A stretch of 60,339 bases of DNA, filler included. It is 5 parts of 5 records of this genome, joined end to end, with 100 filler letters (N's around TTAATTAATTAA, not from the genome) between each part and the next. Parts side by side here need not be neighbours in the genome. Positions count along the whole stretch, not along the records: positions 33,607 to 48,561 come from SRR31156797_28651; positions 48,662 to 60,339 come from SRR31156797_28686; 3 more parts are not named here. One strand, 5' to 3'. This document shows positions 41,648 to 50,743 of the stretch, in pieces. Below the pieces are notes generated by a model. It saw only the letters and a program-made list of their open reading frames with translations, did not search any database and was not told the origin of the DNA. The stretch's first letter is position 1; each line of letters begins with the position of its first letter. The position numbers and the translations under genes were made by a program.

Positions 41648-42589
41648 ATGCAAGAGATTACTACTTATCTGCAAAACTTCAAATTAACAGAAGAGAACCT
41701 CATTCTTCTGATGATTATGTTTTCCAGTGTACTGGTCGTACTGATGATCTTTTTAGTTATCTTTGGTGGACGTAATAAGTCTGCAGTGCGCAGTCGGCTA
41801 CATGAAGAGCAGCTAGATGCTTTGCAGGCAAAGCAAAATAGCAAAATCGATCACGCTCTGGAGTCGCTCTCCCCCATATTTACCACCAGTAATACCAAAG
41901 AAAAAGAAACGGTTCGTCATCAGCTAATGCATGCCGGTTTCCATAACGAAACTGCGCTAACTTATTTCTATGTTGCGAAAACGGTATCGACATTAATTGG
42001 GCTATTTTCAGGGTTACTGTATTTTACTTTTTCTGAAAGTGGGCAAAACCCGCTTTTGGCCATAATTATTTGCGTCGGTGTCGGACTCTTTATTCCTAAC
42101 GTATTTTTACGACACTTGGTTAAAAAACGTCAATCACGTATTCGTGCTGGTGTCCCTGATATGTTGGACTTGCTGGTGGTATGTACTGAGTCAGGTTTAG
42201 GTTTAAATGCCGGTTTGATGAGAGTGTCGAAAGAGCTGGGCATGTCACACATAGATTTAGCCGATGAGTTGGATACCGTCTGCCTGAAAATTAAAGCGGG
42301 CTACGACATGTCAGAGGCGTTTCAAGGTTTTGTTGAACGAACCGGCGTGGAAGAGCTGGCGGGTTTGATCAGCATGCTCTCTCATGCAGCTCGAATTGGT
42401 GGCAGTCTGTCGCAAACATTGCGTGATTATACTGAAGATTACCGAGATAAACGGAACCAAGAAGTTGAGGAAATTGCCGCCAAAATCCCAACCAAAATGA
42501 TATTTCCACTTTTGGTCTGTATTTGGCCCGGATTCTTTATTGTTGTGCTGGGGCCGGCAATTATCAAACTAATGGAAGCTTTCAGTTAA
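41648..42589 (+). CDS. tadC: TadC platform protein
   Basis: PDMLDLLVVCTESGLG, EEIAAKIPTKMIFPL. Confidence 0.93.
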   Translation: MQEITTYLQNFKLTEENLILLMIMFSSVLVVLMIFLVIFGGRNKSAVRSRLHEEQLDALQAKQNSKIDHALESLSPIFTTSNTKEKETVRHQLMHAGFHNETALTYFYVAKTVSTLIGLFSGLLYFTFSESGQNPLLAIIICVGVGLFIPNVFLRHLVKKRQSRIRAGVPDMLDLLVVCTESGLGLNAGLMRVSKELGMSHIDLADELDTVCLKIKAGYDMSEAFQGFVERTGVEELAGLISMLSHAARIGGSLSQTLRDYTEDYRDKRNQEVEEIAAKIPTKMIFPLLVCIWPGFFIVVLGPAIIKLMEAFS

Positions 42590-42601
42590 AGAGGAAGAAC
42601 A

Positions 42602-43615
42602 ATGAAAAAACATGGAATTGCACTCTTGTTGCTAACTGCACTCGCGGGGTGTGCGAGTGATTCAGATAAGCAGAATCGCTTTGACAGTGAGCTTTATGAC
42701 GGCCGCCCGGTTGAAACATTCAGTTCTGATGCCGCACCTTTGACTGAAACGGAAGCGATTAAACGTGGTGATTATGCGCTCAGGAACAACAACTCTGATT
42801 TAGCACTTTACGAGTATATTCGCTCTCTTGATTTTCCAGACCCGCAATACAGTGATAAAACGCTCTACACGATTGGTCGTATTCATCAATCTCGTGGCAA
42901 CTTTGAACTGGCAGAGCGCGCTTATTTGATGGCATTGGACGAAAACCCCAACAATACTCAAGTGCTTGAGCAATTAGGTTCTAACTACAGTAAACAAGGC
43001 AAAGTGGACGAGGGACGAAGCTACTTCCTGCGAGCCGTTAATGCAGACCAACTACGCTTAAAATCGCGCTTGAGCATAAATGACGATGCCACGGCTCAAC
43101 AGATTGAGTCGCTCAATAGCGATACTCAATCACCATTATCGGCTTTTTTAGGATTAGGTGTACTTAAAGATGTAAAAGGTGAACATGCGATTGCTCAAGC
43201 TTTTTACAACCATGCGATCGCTATCGACTCTCGGTCTAGCAAAGCACTGATGAACATGGGTTACTCGTACTATATGGAAGGGGAGTATCAGCAAGCGACA
43301 CAATTTACCTTAGCCGCGTTAGAGCAAGCGCCTGAAAATGATAAAGCGTTAAACAACTTAGCGCTGATTTACCTGGCTCAGGGACAAGCTCAAAGAGCAC
43401 TCAATGTATTTATGCGTAGAATGGATGCGCCAGAGGCGTTGAACAATGTAGGGTACTTTTTAATGTTGCAAGGTAAGCCAGAAGAAGCCATCCCTTACTT
43501 ACAACAAGCGATTGATAAAAAGCCGTCTTATTACAAAATAGCTAATGAAAACTTGGAGCGTGCGCTTGCCCAAGTCCGTGCGAATTCAGCAATGGATAGC
43601 ACAATCGCGCCTTAA
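42602..43615 (+). CDS. tadD: TadD TPR lipoprotein (pilotin)
   Basis: Lipobox LAGC, multiple TPR repeats, last gene of the tad operon. Confidence 0.88.
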   Translation: MKKHGIALLLLTALAGCASDSDKQNRFDSELYDGRPVETFSSDAAPLTETEAIKRGDYALRNNNSDLALYEYIRSLDFPDPQYSDKTLYTIGRIHQSRGNFELAERAYLMALDENPNNTQVLEQLGSNYSKQGKVDEGRSYFLRAVNADQLRLKSRLSINDDATAQQIESLNSDTQSPLSAFLGLGVLKDVKGEHAIAQAFYNHAIAIDSRSSKALMNMGYSYYMEGEYQQATQFTLAALEQAPENDKALNNLALIYLAQGQAQRALNVFMRRMDAPEALNNVGYFLMLQGKPEEAIPYLQQAIDKKPSYYKIANENLERALAQVRANSAMDSTIAP

Positions 43616-43620
43616 TCAGC

Positions 43621-44775
43621 TTAGTGATGTTCTGGCCTATCTTTAGGATCTTGCTCTGGATAGGCTTCAATCACTCGTTTTAGATAATCTTGGTGGTAAC
43701 GTAATCCGTTGACGCAATGTTTATCTAACTTTCCACTGGCGACCATTTTTTCTAATTCGAGTAGGGCAAAAGGTACTGACCATGCTTGCTTGTATGGACG
43801 GTGGCTGGTGAGCGCATCAAATACGTTAGCAACCGCGATGATTCTCGCCGATACGGGAATATTATCTTGAGTGAGTCCATACGGGTAGCCACTACCGTCG
43901 AGAAATTCGTGATGATAGGCGACGATCTCTTTTAACACAGACACACAAGGGTGATCGGGAGCGCCTACTTGATCAATGATTTGGTTAATGATCTCTACGC
44001 CCCTTTCGACAGAATTATTCACAGTATCGCGCTCATCTGCGCCCAATGAGCTGGCTTTGGTCAGCACACTGGCTGGAACGGACAACTTGCCGATATCATG
44101 ACAGCGAGAAAACTGACTGATGTTCTCAATGGTTTCGTCATCAAGTTGATAAACTTTGGCCACTTCCAGTGCAATCACTTTCGCATAGCGACTGATTCGT
44201 TCTTTGTGTTCGTGGGACTCGTCCCAATGCTCTTGTGACTGCGAGTGTAATGAGCTGGCTCTTTCAAGCAATGAATGAACAAGATCATACTCTGAGGTGA
44301 CCACAAAACGGATGATATCAATAAAGGGTTTTAATGAGTCGGTGACTTTTTCATTAAATAAGTGCTGCTGACAAGAGTTAAGAAAGATAAAGCCAATGAA
44401 CTTCTTATCCTGAAAAACGGGCACGGCCAAAGAAGAGTGGTAGCCTTGCTCTATCAGCCATTTAGTATGCGGGTATTCTGAACTGAGCTGGTTAGGGATA
44501 TCACCGAGATATCTGGATTCTCCTGTTTCTGCGCAGACTTTCAAGGCGGGCAACTCGGAGAGCGGAAATTCATAGTGCATCAGCTCATAGCCGTGAAATG
44601 TGCTATCGGCATAGGTTTTAAGTTTGTCATTCTCTTCGTCATACAGAGCAAAAGAAATACGATCAATCGCTGGACCCGTCACACGCAATCTCTGATGAAT
44701 ATCAGCAAGTTGGGTATTCAATGTCCCAGTTGAAGCAATAAAACTGTGAATGGTATCTTTGCTGTGCGTATCCAT
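43621..44775 (-). CDS. GAF + HD-GYP domain protein (cyclic dinucleotide phosphodiesterase family)
   Basis: GAF (SSLAVPV...GFIF), HDIGK, HHEFLDGSGYP, RPYK. Confidence 0.92.
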   Translation of the reverse strand: MDTHSKDTIHSFIASTGTLNTQLADIHQRLRVTGPAIDRISFALYDEENDKLKTYADSTFHGYELMHYEFPLSELPALKVCAETGESRYLGDIPNQLSSEYPHTKWLIEQGYHSSLAVPVFQDKKFIGFIFLNSCQQHLFNEKVTDSLKPFIDIIRFVVTSEYDLVHSLLERASSLHSQSQEHWDESHEHKERISRYAKVIALEVAKVYQLDDETIENISQFSRCHDIGKLSVPASVLTKASSLGADERDTVNNSVERGVEIINQIIDQVGAPDHPCVSVLKEIVAYHHEFLDGSGYPYGLTQDNIPVSARIIAVANVFDALTSHRPYKQAWSVPFALLELEKMVASGKLDKHCVNGLRYHQDYLKRVIEAYPEQDPKDRPEHH

Positions 44776-44874
44776 GAATCACTCTCCCCGCAGTCAGGAA
44801 ATCGACTACTTATATCTGCACCTTAAGTTTAGATGATAGACAGCAAAAAGGTCAGGGATTTGGCGATAAAATGG

Positions 44875-45981
44875 CTATTTTTTAACCTCCCCTGAACCTA
44901 GGTTGAATTTTCTTATGACTCCTCCCCAGCAGAACCAAAGAACTATTGTCAGTATTGTGCTTACATATCCGTCCACAGCGTAGTGCCAACCTAAATGGAC
45001 GGAACCAATTTGGATGCATATAGCGTAGAAGCACATAAAATAGCCAAGTTTGCTATTTATTTTGAATGAGGATAATGCAATTAAAACAGCCATTGATACA
45101 TGTAGACTTGGCATTGCCGAAATTCCCATACCTACACCATCACTTCTTGTTGAAAATATTTGCCAAAGTAGGTCTTGTGAGTTTGTTGCAGCTAGTTCAT
45201 ATAAGAATTTATTTTGGATGATGTCAGTGTGAGATTTTAAAGTTGAAATTAAATCTAGATATTGACCTTGGTTATTGTCAAGAAGGTATATAAAGCAAGG
45301 GCCAACAGAGGAAAACAGTACTGCGAATATATTACCTAAAACTAGCCAGCATGAAATAAATGTAATTATAAATTGGTTTCTAATTTTGTCATTTTTCTTA
45401 TATGAAATAAAAAATACTAAGTATACCCAGATTAAAACAAACCAAATACTATATAACATGTCAAAAAATAATGTAAACAATGGCGATGAAAACCATTTGT
45501 GAGTTATCTCCCATGGTGATATACCTCCATGAATTAATAAATCAATCTGGTATAGTGTTTCGTCTAAATAAAAGGGATTTATTTCTGGAATTAATATCTT
45601 AACATATGAGTAAACCGAAAATGATATACTTATAAATACTGATAATATAAAGAATGATATTGGTTTATGTATAGGAAATAGTAAACTTATTACTCTTTTA
45701 AACCATTCTTGGATAGGGTGTTCAACTTGGTTAAATAACATGTTTAAGTATTGGTAACATGTCCAAATTATGAATGTTTTAATAATCAAGCCAATAAGTA
45801 TTGATAAATAGGTCGAGAAAGTTATTTCTATATGAGGGGAAGGGATGAATATCTTTAGCAATAAATAAGAAAGTAATGCTGATATTAATATGAAAGTATA
45901 AATAAAAGAATTTCGTGAAAGTTCGTTTTTTATACTTTTTTTATCAAAGTTTTTAAAGTTATCTAATATTATCGAGACCAT
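44875..45981 (-). CDS. PAP2 superfamily membrane phosphatase/phosphotransferase (Aur1-like subgroup), AT-rich gene
   Basis: Multi-TM, SSVGPCF, ISAMPSLHV, GSVHLGWHYAVDG. Confidence 0.88.
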   Translation of the reverse strand: MVSIILDNFKNFDKKSIKNELSRNSFIYTFILISALLSYLLLKIFIPSPHIEITFSTYLSILIGLIIKTFIIWTCYQYLNMLFNQVEHPIQEWFKRVISLLFPIHKPISFFILSVFISISFSVYSYVKILIPEINPFYLDETLYQIDLLIHGGISPWEITHKWFSSPLFTLFFDMLYSIWFVLIWVYLVFFISYKKNDKIRNQFIITFISCWLVLGNIFAVLFSSVGPCFIYLLDNNQGQYLDLISTLKSHTDIIQNKFLYELAATNSQDLLWQIFSTRSDGVGMGISAMPSLHVSMAVLIALSSFKINSKLGYFMCFYAICIQIGSVHLGWHYAVDGYVSTILTIVLWFCWGGVIRKFNLGSGEVKK

Positions 45982-46072
45982 AAAACTTCACTATTACTAT
46001 CATCATAGAACTAAGCATAGCTTATGATATCAACTTTTTTTAGCAGATTGCTTTCTATCCATTCCTATCTTT

Positions 46073-46106
46073 GTGGTAACGTTTACACTCTGTAAGTTCG
46101 GTCACA
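46073..46106 (+). promoter_or_regulatory. GalR-type operator GTGGTAACGTTTACAC (46073-46088) and adjacent CRP site TGTAA-N6-TCACA (46091-46106)
   Basis: Close matches to the gal operator and CRP consensus, upstream of galM. Confidence 0.75.
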
Positions 46107-46185
46107 GATTCATAGGATAGTGGCTGGTAAACTCCCCCTGTTTTAAAGTCACTCTGCGCGTGAATAAAGGCTCTGCGTTGATTCA

Positions 46186-47268
46186 ATGAAAGGAACCAAA
46201 GTGATGACTCACTCTTTATCAAGCACAATGACTGCTGCTCCAGCTTATGATGGGAAACCGGCTAAGCTTATCGAGCTTACCAATCAAATGGGGATGCGCG
46301 TTGTCTTTATGGATATAGGGGCGACATGGCTTAGTTGCAGGGTTCCTGTTGCGAGTGAAAACAGAGAAGTGCTTCTTGGGTTGAGCACCATGCCTGATTT
46401 TCTTGAACACGGTAGTTTTCTTGGTGTGACTGTTGGTCGATACGCTAACCGAATCGCGCATTCTGAATTTCAATATCAAGGTAAGACTTACGCACTAGCA
46501 GCGAATCAGGGCGAACACTGCCTGCATGGTGGCCAAGATGGTTGGAGCCATCGTCGTTGGAAGGTTGTGAGCCATACTGAACAACAGGTTGAGTTCTCGA
46601 TCTTTTCTGATGATGGTGATCAAGGATTTCCGGGGAACGTGACTGCTTCGGTGACTTATCAGCTGACGGATGACAATCAAGTTGTGATTAGTTACAAGGC
46701 TTCTACCGACAAACCGACACCATTGAACTTAACCAATCATGCTTATTTTAACTTAATGGGTGCCGATTCAGGCGTTGATATACTTGAGCATAAACTTCAA
46801 GTGAATGCTGATTATTATCTTCCAACCACGTCAGAAGGTATTCCTTTAGGTGAACTAGAAAGTGTAGCCAACACCAGTTTTGATTTCCGTGTTGCTAAAA
46901 CCGTTGGTCAAGACTTGTTAGCCGATGAGCAGCAGCAAAACTGTCAAGGTTATGATCACAGCTATTTGCTTGATGATAGCTGTAAAACGGGCGCAAGTGT
47001 GGCTTCGGTAGAAGCGCCAGATCAGTCGTTGTTGCTGGAAGTATTTACCGATAAGCCAGCTATCCAGTTCTACGGTGGAAACTTCTTAGCTGGCACACCA
47101 ACGCGAACGGGTGGCGAGTACTCTCAGTACCAAGGTTTGGCATTAGAAACTCAATATTTACCAGACTCACCGAATCATCCCGAATGGCCCCAGGATAGCT
47201 GTATGACGCATCCGGGAGAAGAATACGCTTTTACCACTGTGTATAAGTTCAACGTTTTACAGAGCTAG
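46186..47268 (+). CDS. galM: Galactose mutarotase (aldose 1-epimerase)
   Basis: GRYANRIA, LHGG, NLTNHAYFNL, GYDH, GLALETQ..PDSPN. True start may be 46204. Confidence 0.95.
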   Translation: MKGTKVMTHSLSSTMTAAPAYDGKPAKLIELTNQMGMRVVFMDIGATWLSCRVPVASENREVLLGLSTMPDFLEHGSFLGVTVGRYANRIAHSEFQYQGKTYALAANQGEHCLHGGQDGWSHRRWKVVSHTEQQVEFSIFSDDGDQGFPGNVTASVTYQLTDDNQVVISYKASTDKPTPLNLTNHAYFNLMGADSGVDILEHKLQVNADYYLPTTSEGIPLGELESVANTSFDFRVAKTVGQDLLADEQQQNCQGYDHSYLLDDSCKTGASVASVEAPDQSLLLEVFTDKPAIQFYGGNFLAGTPTRTGGEYSQYQGLALETQYLPDSPNHPEWPQDSCMTHPGEEYAFTTVYKFNVLQS

Positions 47269-47338
47269 CCCTGTAGGGTGCATGGTGAACCTAAGGGCTG
47301 GGGGGATAAGGTTTACAGTTCTTAGGAAAAGCGATTTT

Positions 47339-47372
47339 GCCCCTTCTCCGGAGTGGAGTGGGGGCTTTTTTT
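47339..47372 (+). terminator. Rho-independent terminator-like hairpin between galM and galR
   Basis: GCCCCTTCTCC...GGAGTGGGGGC followed by T7. Confidence 0.6.
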
Positions 47373-48375
47373 ATTGTCCTTGCTTATGAACTGAATCTCT
47401 GCGAACTAGAGTCGGCGAGAAGCACATTGGCTCTTGCTCAACAGGTTCGCCTTTGGCGATTTTCAGAGCTAAGGTTGCCGCTTTTTCTGCCATCATCTGA
47501 ATAGGATAACGAACTGTCGTCAACCTAGGGCGTACATAGCGTGCAATCAATCCATCATCAAAGCCGATAACCGACATATTATCCGGTGCTTTAATTCCGT
47601 TTTCTTCAAGGATAGAGAGTGCGCCTGCGGCCATATTGTCGTTATAAGCAACAACGGCTGAAATGTTTAATGATTTGGTCAGTAAGTTGGTCATCGCCTG
47701 TTCACCACCTTCACTGTCTGGAGTTGCCAGCTCTAAGTAGCTTGAAGGCACAGAGATATCGTGCTGTTTCAAAGCGTCTTGATAGCCTCTGATACGTTGG
47801 TCTGCATCTTCAATGTGCTGCTGTGAGCTAATACAAGCGATATTACGATGCCCATTGCGAATCAGATACTCAGTAGCCAGATAAGCCCCTTTATAGTTAT
47901 CAAGTGATATACAGCGGTCTGCCAGTTCAGGGATATGGCGATTAATCAAAACCATGGCAGGGATTTCATTGGCAAATTCAATCAGTTCTTGGTCGGAAAG
48001 GCCTTTCGAATGGATAACGAGAGCATCGCAACGACTGTTGATCAAAAGTTCGATGGCTTTACGTTCTTCTTCCGCTTGATGATAACCGTTGCCGATCAAT
48101 AGGTGCTTACCTGCTTGGTGTGCGATTTTATCAACGGCTTTTACTAAGGTACCAAAAAAAGGGTCGGAAACATCACTGACTAACACGCCTATCGTATTGG
48201 TGCTTTGACTGACTAAAGCCCGTGCAGCAGCATTCGGTCGATAACCTAGTGCTTTCATCGCTTTTGTTACCGATTCGATGGAAGATTTACTTGCTTTAGG
48301 AGATTTATTGATCACGCGTGAAACCGTTGCCACAGAAACTCCCGCTTCGCGAGCCACGTCTTTTATGGTTGCCAT
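47371..48375 (-). CDS. galR: GalR/GalS-type LacI repressor
   Basis: MATIKDVAREAGVSVATVSRVIN, DVSDPFFG, RCDALVIHSK. Adjacent to galM. ATG at 48375 follows GAGG. Confidence 0.92.
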   Translation of the reverse strand: MATIKDVAREAGVSVATVSRVINKSPKASKSSIESVTKAMKALGYRPNAAARALVSQSTNTIGVLVSDVSDPFFGTLVKAVDKIAHQAGKHLLIGNGYHQAEEERKAIELLINSRCDALVIHSKGLSDQELIEFANEIPAMVLINRHIPELADRCISLDNYKGAYLATEYLIRNGHRNIACISSQQHIEDADQRIRGYQDALKQHDISVPSSYLELATPDSEGGEQAMTNLLTKSLNISAVVAYNDNMAAGALSILEENGIKAPDNMSVIGFDDGLIARYVRPRLTTVRYPIQMMAEKAATLALKIAKGEPVEQEPMCFSPTLVRRDSVHKQGQ

Positions 48376-48494
48376 GATAGACCTCGTTGCCTTAATTGGT
48401 CTATTTAACAATGGGCGTGAAAATATGGCAATAATTTAATCAGTTTTAAAATTATTATTGCTCTTAACACCACGTTTTTAAAGGGGTAGACGAA

Positions 48495-48510
48495 ATGTAA
48501 ACGTTAAGCA
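48495..48510. promoter_or_regulatory. Second, weaker GalR-type operator ATGTAAACGTTAAGCA
   Basis: Shares TGTAAACGTTA with the reverse complement of the 46073 operator. Lies upstream of galR. Confidence 0.5.
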
Positions 48511-48532
48511 CTTTTCTTGAAATGAAAAGTGC

Positions 48533-48561
48533 TAGGGTCTGTTGACCTTTTGCGATGATTT
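48533..48561. repeat. Probable start of a dispersed Vibrio intergenic repeat (TAGGGTCTGTTGACCTTT...)
   Basis: Resembles a repeat end I recall from Vibrio genomes. The contig breaks here. Confidence 0.45.
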
Positions 48562-48661
48562 NNNNNNNNNNNNNNNNNNNNNNNNNNNNNNNNNNNNNNN
48601 NNNNNTTAATTAATTAANNNNNNNNNNNNNNNNNNNNNNNNNNNNNNNNNNNNNNNNNNNN
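48562..48661. other. Artificial contig spacer
   Basis: N44-TTAATTAATTAA-N44. Confidence 0.98.
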
Positions 48662-48705
48662 AAGTTTCTCTGGACTCTTCAAAAACTTTTACTAGGGCTT
48701 CGCCG
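48662..48705. repeat. Probable tail of a dispersed intergenic repeat (...AAAAACTTTTACTAGGGCTTCGCCG)
   Basis: At the contig edge just downstream of torD. Resembles a repeat I recall from Maridesulfovibrio-type genomes. Confidence 0.4.
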
Positions 48706-48722
48706 ATGTTTTTGTTTGTGCG

Positions 48723-49382
48723 TTATTGGTGCAGCTTGCTTTCCAGCCATGTCAGGTCTGCTTGCAGGAAATCCGCTGTCAGTTCTGCTGCTGCGGAGTA
48801 GAATCCTTCCGGCTCTACTTCTTTGCAGGTGCTGGCGAAGTCGGGAATCCAGTTCAGCAGATGTGTTTCGAGGAAGGATTTGCTGCGGGCAAATGCAACT
48901 TTCGTATCCTCGGTTTCCAGTTGTGGTGTGTTTAAGAATGCCATGAATTCCAGCAGGATCGCTACGTGGTCGGCAGGTTCGTTGAATGAGGAGTTAACCC
49001 CGATGCCGTATTCAGCCATGAGTTTGGAAACCTCGGTTTCAGCCTGCTGATGGGTGGTGTTGCTCTCGCTGGTGAAGAAAGACTCATAAGGAGGCACGGC
49101 CAGCGGGCCGCCTGCCCCGAGAAACAGGCGGCCGTATTCGCTGGCTAAGTCGAGGACTGAGTCGTCGGTGTGTGTCTTTCCTAAATCGGAGGCTATCTTT
49201 TCAAGAGCTTTATTTTGCCCGATGAACGCGGAGACCGTTTCAGGGAATCGGCTGCTTTCGCCTGTGCGGTAAGATTCGAGCTGTTCCCGGGTCAGCTCCC
49301 GCATGAACAGGCTGGACAGCCAACGGTAGGCAATGGTTCTTTGTTCTTCGAAATTGAGTCCTGTTGTTGTATTCATGTTCAT
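48723..49382 (-). CDS. torD: TorD/DorB-family molybdoenzyme chaperone
   Basis: YRWLSSLF.REL, EYGRLFLG, PPYES, EPADHVAILLEFMA, FLETHLLNW. Confidence 0.92.
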   Translation of the reverse strand: MNMNTTTGLNFEEQRTIAYRWLSSLFMRELTREQLESYRTGESSRFPETVSAFIGQNKALEKIASDLGKTHTDDSVLDLASEYGRLFLGAGGPLAVPPYESFFTSESNTTHQQAETEVSKLMAEYGIGVNSSFNEPADHVAILLEFMAFLNTPQLETEDTKVAFARSKSFLETHLLNWIPDFASTCKEVEPEGFYSAAAELTADFLQADLTWLESKLHQ

Positions 49383-49385
49383 CTC

Positions 49386-50531
49386 CTAATGGGTTCCGCC
49401 CATGTCAGATGCATGCATTTGCAGGTATTTGAGGAAGAAGCGGTATTCTTCCTTGGAAAGGGAAAGGTTGTGCTTCATAGCTTTGAGGTTGCCGATCCAC
49501 TGGTTGGCCTTGAAATGGGCCGGGGGAGTTGCACTGTGGCAGGTGCTGCATGCGCTGGTCAGCATTTCACTGCCGTAGTTCCAGAGCGGCGCGCAGGAGG
49601 GAATCATGTCTGCAGCCTTGACCCAGCAGACCAGTTTTGCTTCATGCCAGACCTGTTCGGTATCCGGGTCGGTCATGGTGTTGCTTGTTTGGACATCGCC
49701 TTTGATCTTTTTGGACAGCCCGGCGGAGAAAATACGTTTACCCTGTTCTTCGTAAATCATGGCTGCAACTCCATCCTGCTGCCAGCCGTGGATGCTTACT
49801 TTTGCCCAATCTCCGTCCTTTTTCAGAACAGTCAGCTTGGTTGCAGGCAGGATTTTGCCTACTGGGCGCCCGTCTATTTCTTTGAACAGGGGGATAATCT
49901 TGATGGGGTATTGTTCTTTTGCGTTCAGGGAGTTGTCTGTGGCTTCGGTCTTCAGTTCATCAAAAACGGCCTTGAAGCCGGATGACATGTCTGGAAGTTT
50001 GTGGACGATACCTTTGTGACAGTTGATACAGGTCTGACCTTCGGAAAGACCTTTTTCCATGCGCTTGGCTTCTTCAGGCTTTTTAAATTTGCTGAAATCA
50101 AAGGCCTGCTTATTGTGACAGGAGCGGCATTCACGGGAATCATTGGCTTCCATTTCCGTCCAGACATTCTTGGCAAGACGCAGCCGTTCTTTTTCAAATT
50201 TTTCAGGAGTTTCGAGAACTCCGCGCAGGGACTGAACGACTTCTCGGGCAGCTTGTGCCTTGCGGACCATCATGGGTACGAAATCTTCAGGCAGATGGCA
50301 GGAAGTACATTCGGCGCGTACACCTGATCTATTTATATAGTGGGTGCTCTTCTTGTAACCGGGAAGAACATTTTCTTTCATTTCATGGCAGGACATGCAG
50401 AAATTTTCTTCCATGTCCGTATCTATCTCCTTGCCGTCAGTGGCAAGGGTGGAACCGGCAGCAAAAAGGCTGACAACAACAGCCGCAAATACTGCGATTA
50501 TGATCCATTTATTAACAGCAAAATCTTTCAT
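49386..50531 (-). CDS. torC: Pentaheme c-type cytochrome TorC/DorC (NapC/NirT family)
   Basis: N-terminal TM, four CxxCH (CMSCH, CTSCH, CRSCH, CINCH) plus C-terminal CSTCH and ANQWIG...M. Confidence 0.95.
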   Translation of the reverse strand: MKDFAVNKWIIIAVFAAVVVSLFAAGSTLATDGKEIDTDMEENFCMSCHEMKENVLPGYKKSTHYINRSGVRAECTSCHLPEDFVPMMVRKAQAAREVVQSLRGVLETPEKFEKERLRLAKNVWTEMEANDSRECRSCHNKQAFDFSKFKKPEEAKRMEKGLSEGQTCINCHKGIVHKLPDMSSGFKAVFDELKTEATDNSLNAKEQYPIKIIPLFKEIDGRPVGKILPATKLTVLKKDGDWAKVSIHGWQQDGVAAMIYEEQGKRIFSAGLSKKIKGDVQTSNTMTDPDTEQVWHEAKLVCWVKAADMIPSCAPLWNYGSEMLTSACSTCHSATPPAHFKANQWIGNLKAMKHNLSLSKEEYRFFLKYLQMHASDMGGTH

Positions 50532-50578
50532 AGCTTCCTCCGAGATGCTTGGTTTCCGCTTTGCGGATACTGCTTAAA

Positions 50579-50595
50579 AGCAACGAGGATGCCAG
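50579..50595 (-). promoter_or_regulatory. Sigma54 -24/-12 promoter of torC (CTGGCATCCTCGTTGCT)
   Basis: TGGCA-N6-TTGC on the minus strand, about 48 bp upstream of the ATG. Confidence 0.85.
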
Positions 50596-50677
50596 TTTTG
50601 TGATCTTTTTAATTTGCTGTTTATTCAGGGGTTTGAGTGTGAGATGTGCGCGGGCAGAAGTCTTGTCGGTAGTGGGG

Positions 50678-50739
50678 TGTACAAAAAATTAAGACAGTAA
50701 ATCCGCTTGGAGAGGACAAGTGTCCGGGAAAGGTGGACT
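50678..50739. promoter_or_regulatory. Three phased TGTCC-N9-GGACA-like dyads, candidate enhancer (UAS)
   Basis: TGTAC-N9-AGACA (50678), AATCC-N9-GGACA (50700), TGTCC-N9-GGACT (50721). Spacing 22 and 21 bp. Confidence 0.7.
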
Positions 50740-50743
50740 CTTT

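Noticed and set aside
33607..43615. Tad locus as a novel secretion system
   Set aside because: Gene set and order match ordinary Vibrio tad clusters. flp and tadV are simply upstream of the contig start.
14837..48661. Four identical TTAATTAATTAA motifs within N runs, and any gene linkage across them
   Set aside because: Artificial all-frame-stop spacers. The blocks differ in composition and apparent taxon, so cross-block adjacency means nothing.
48662..48722. Absence of torA as gene loss
   Set aside because: The contig ends 61 bp after torD in a probable repeat. With dorCBA-type order the catalytic gene would lie beyond the break.
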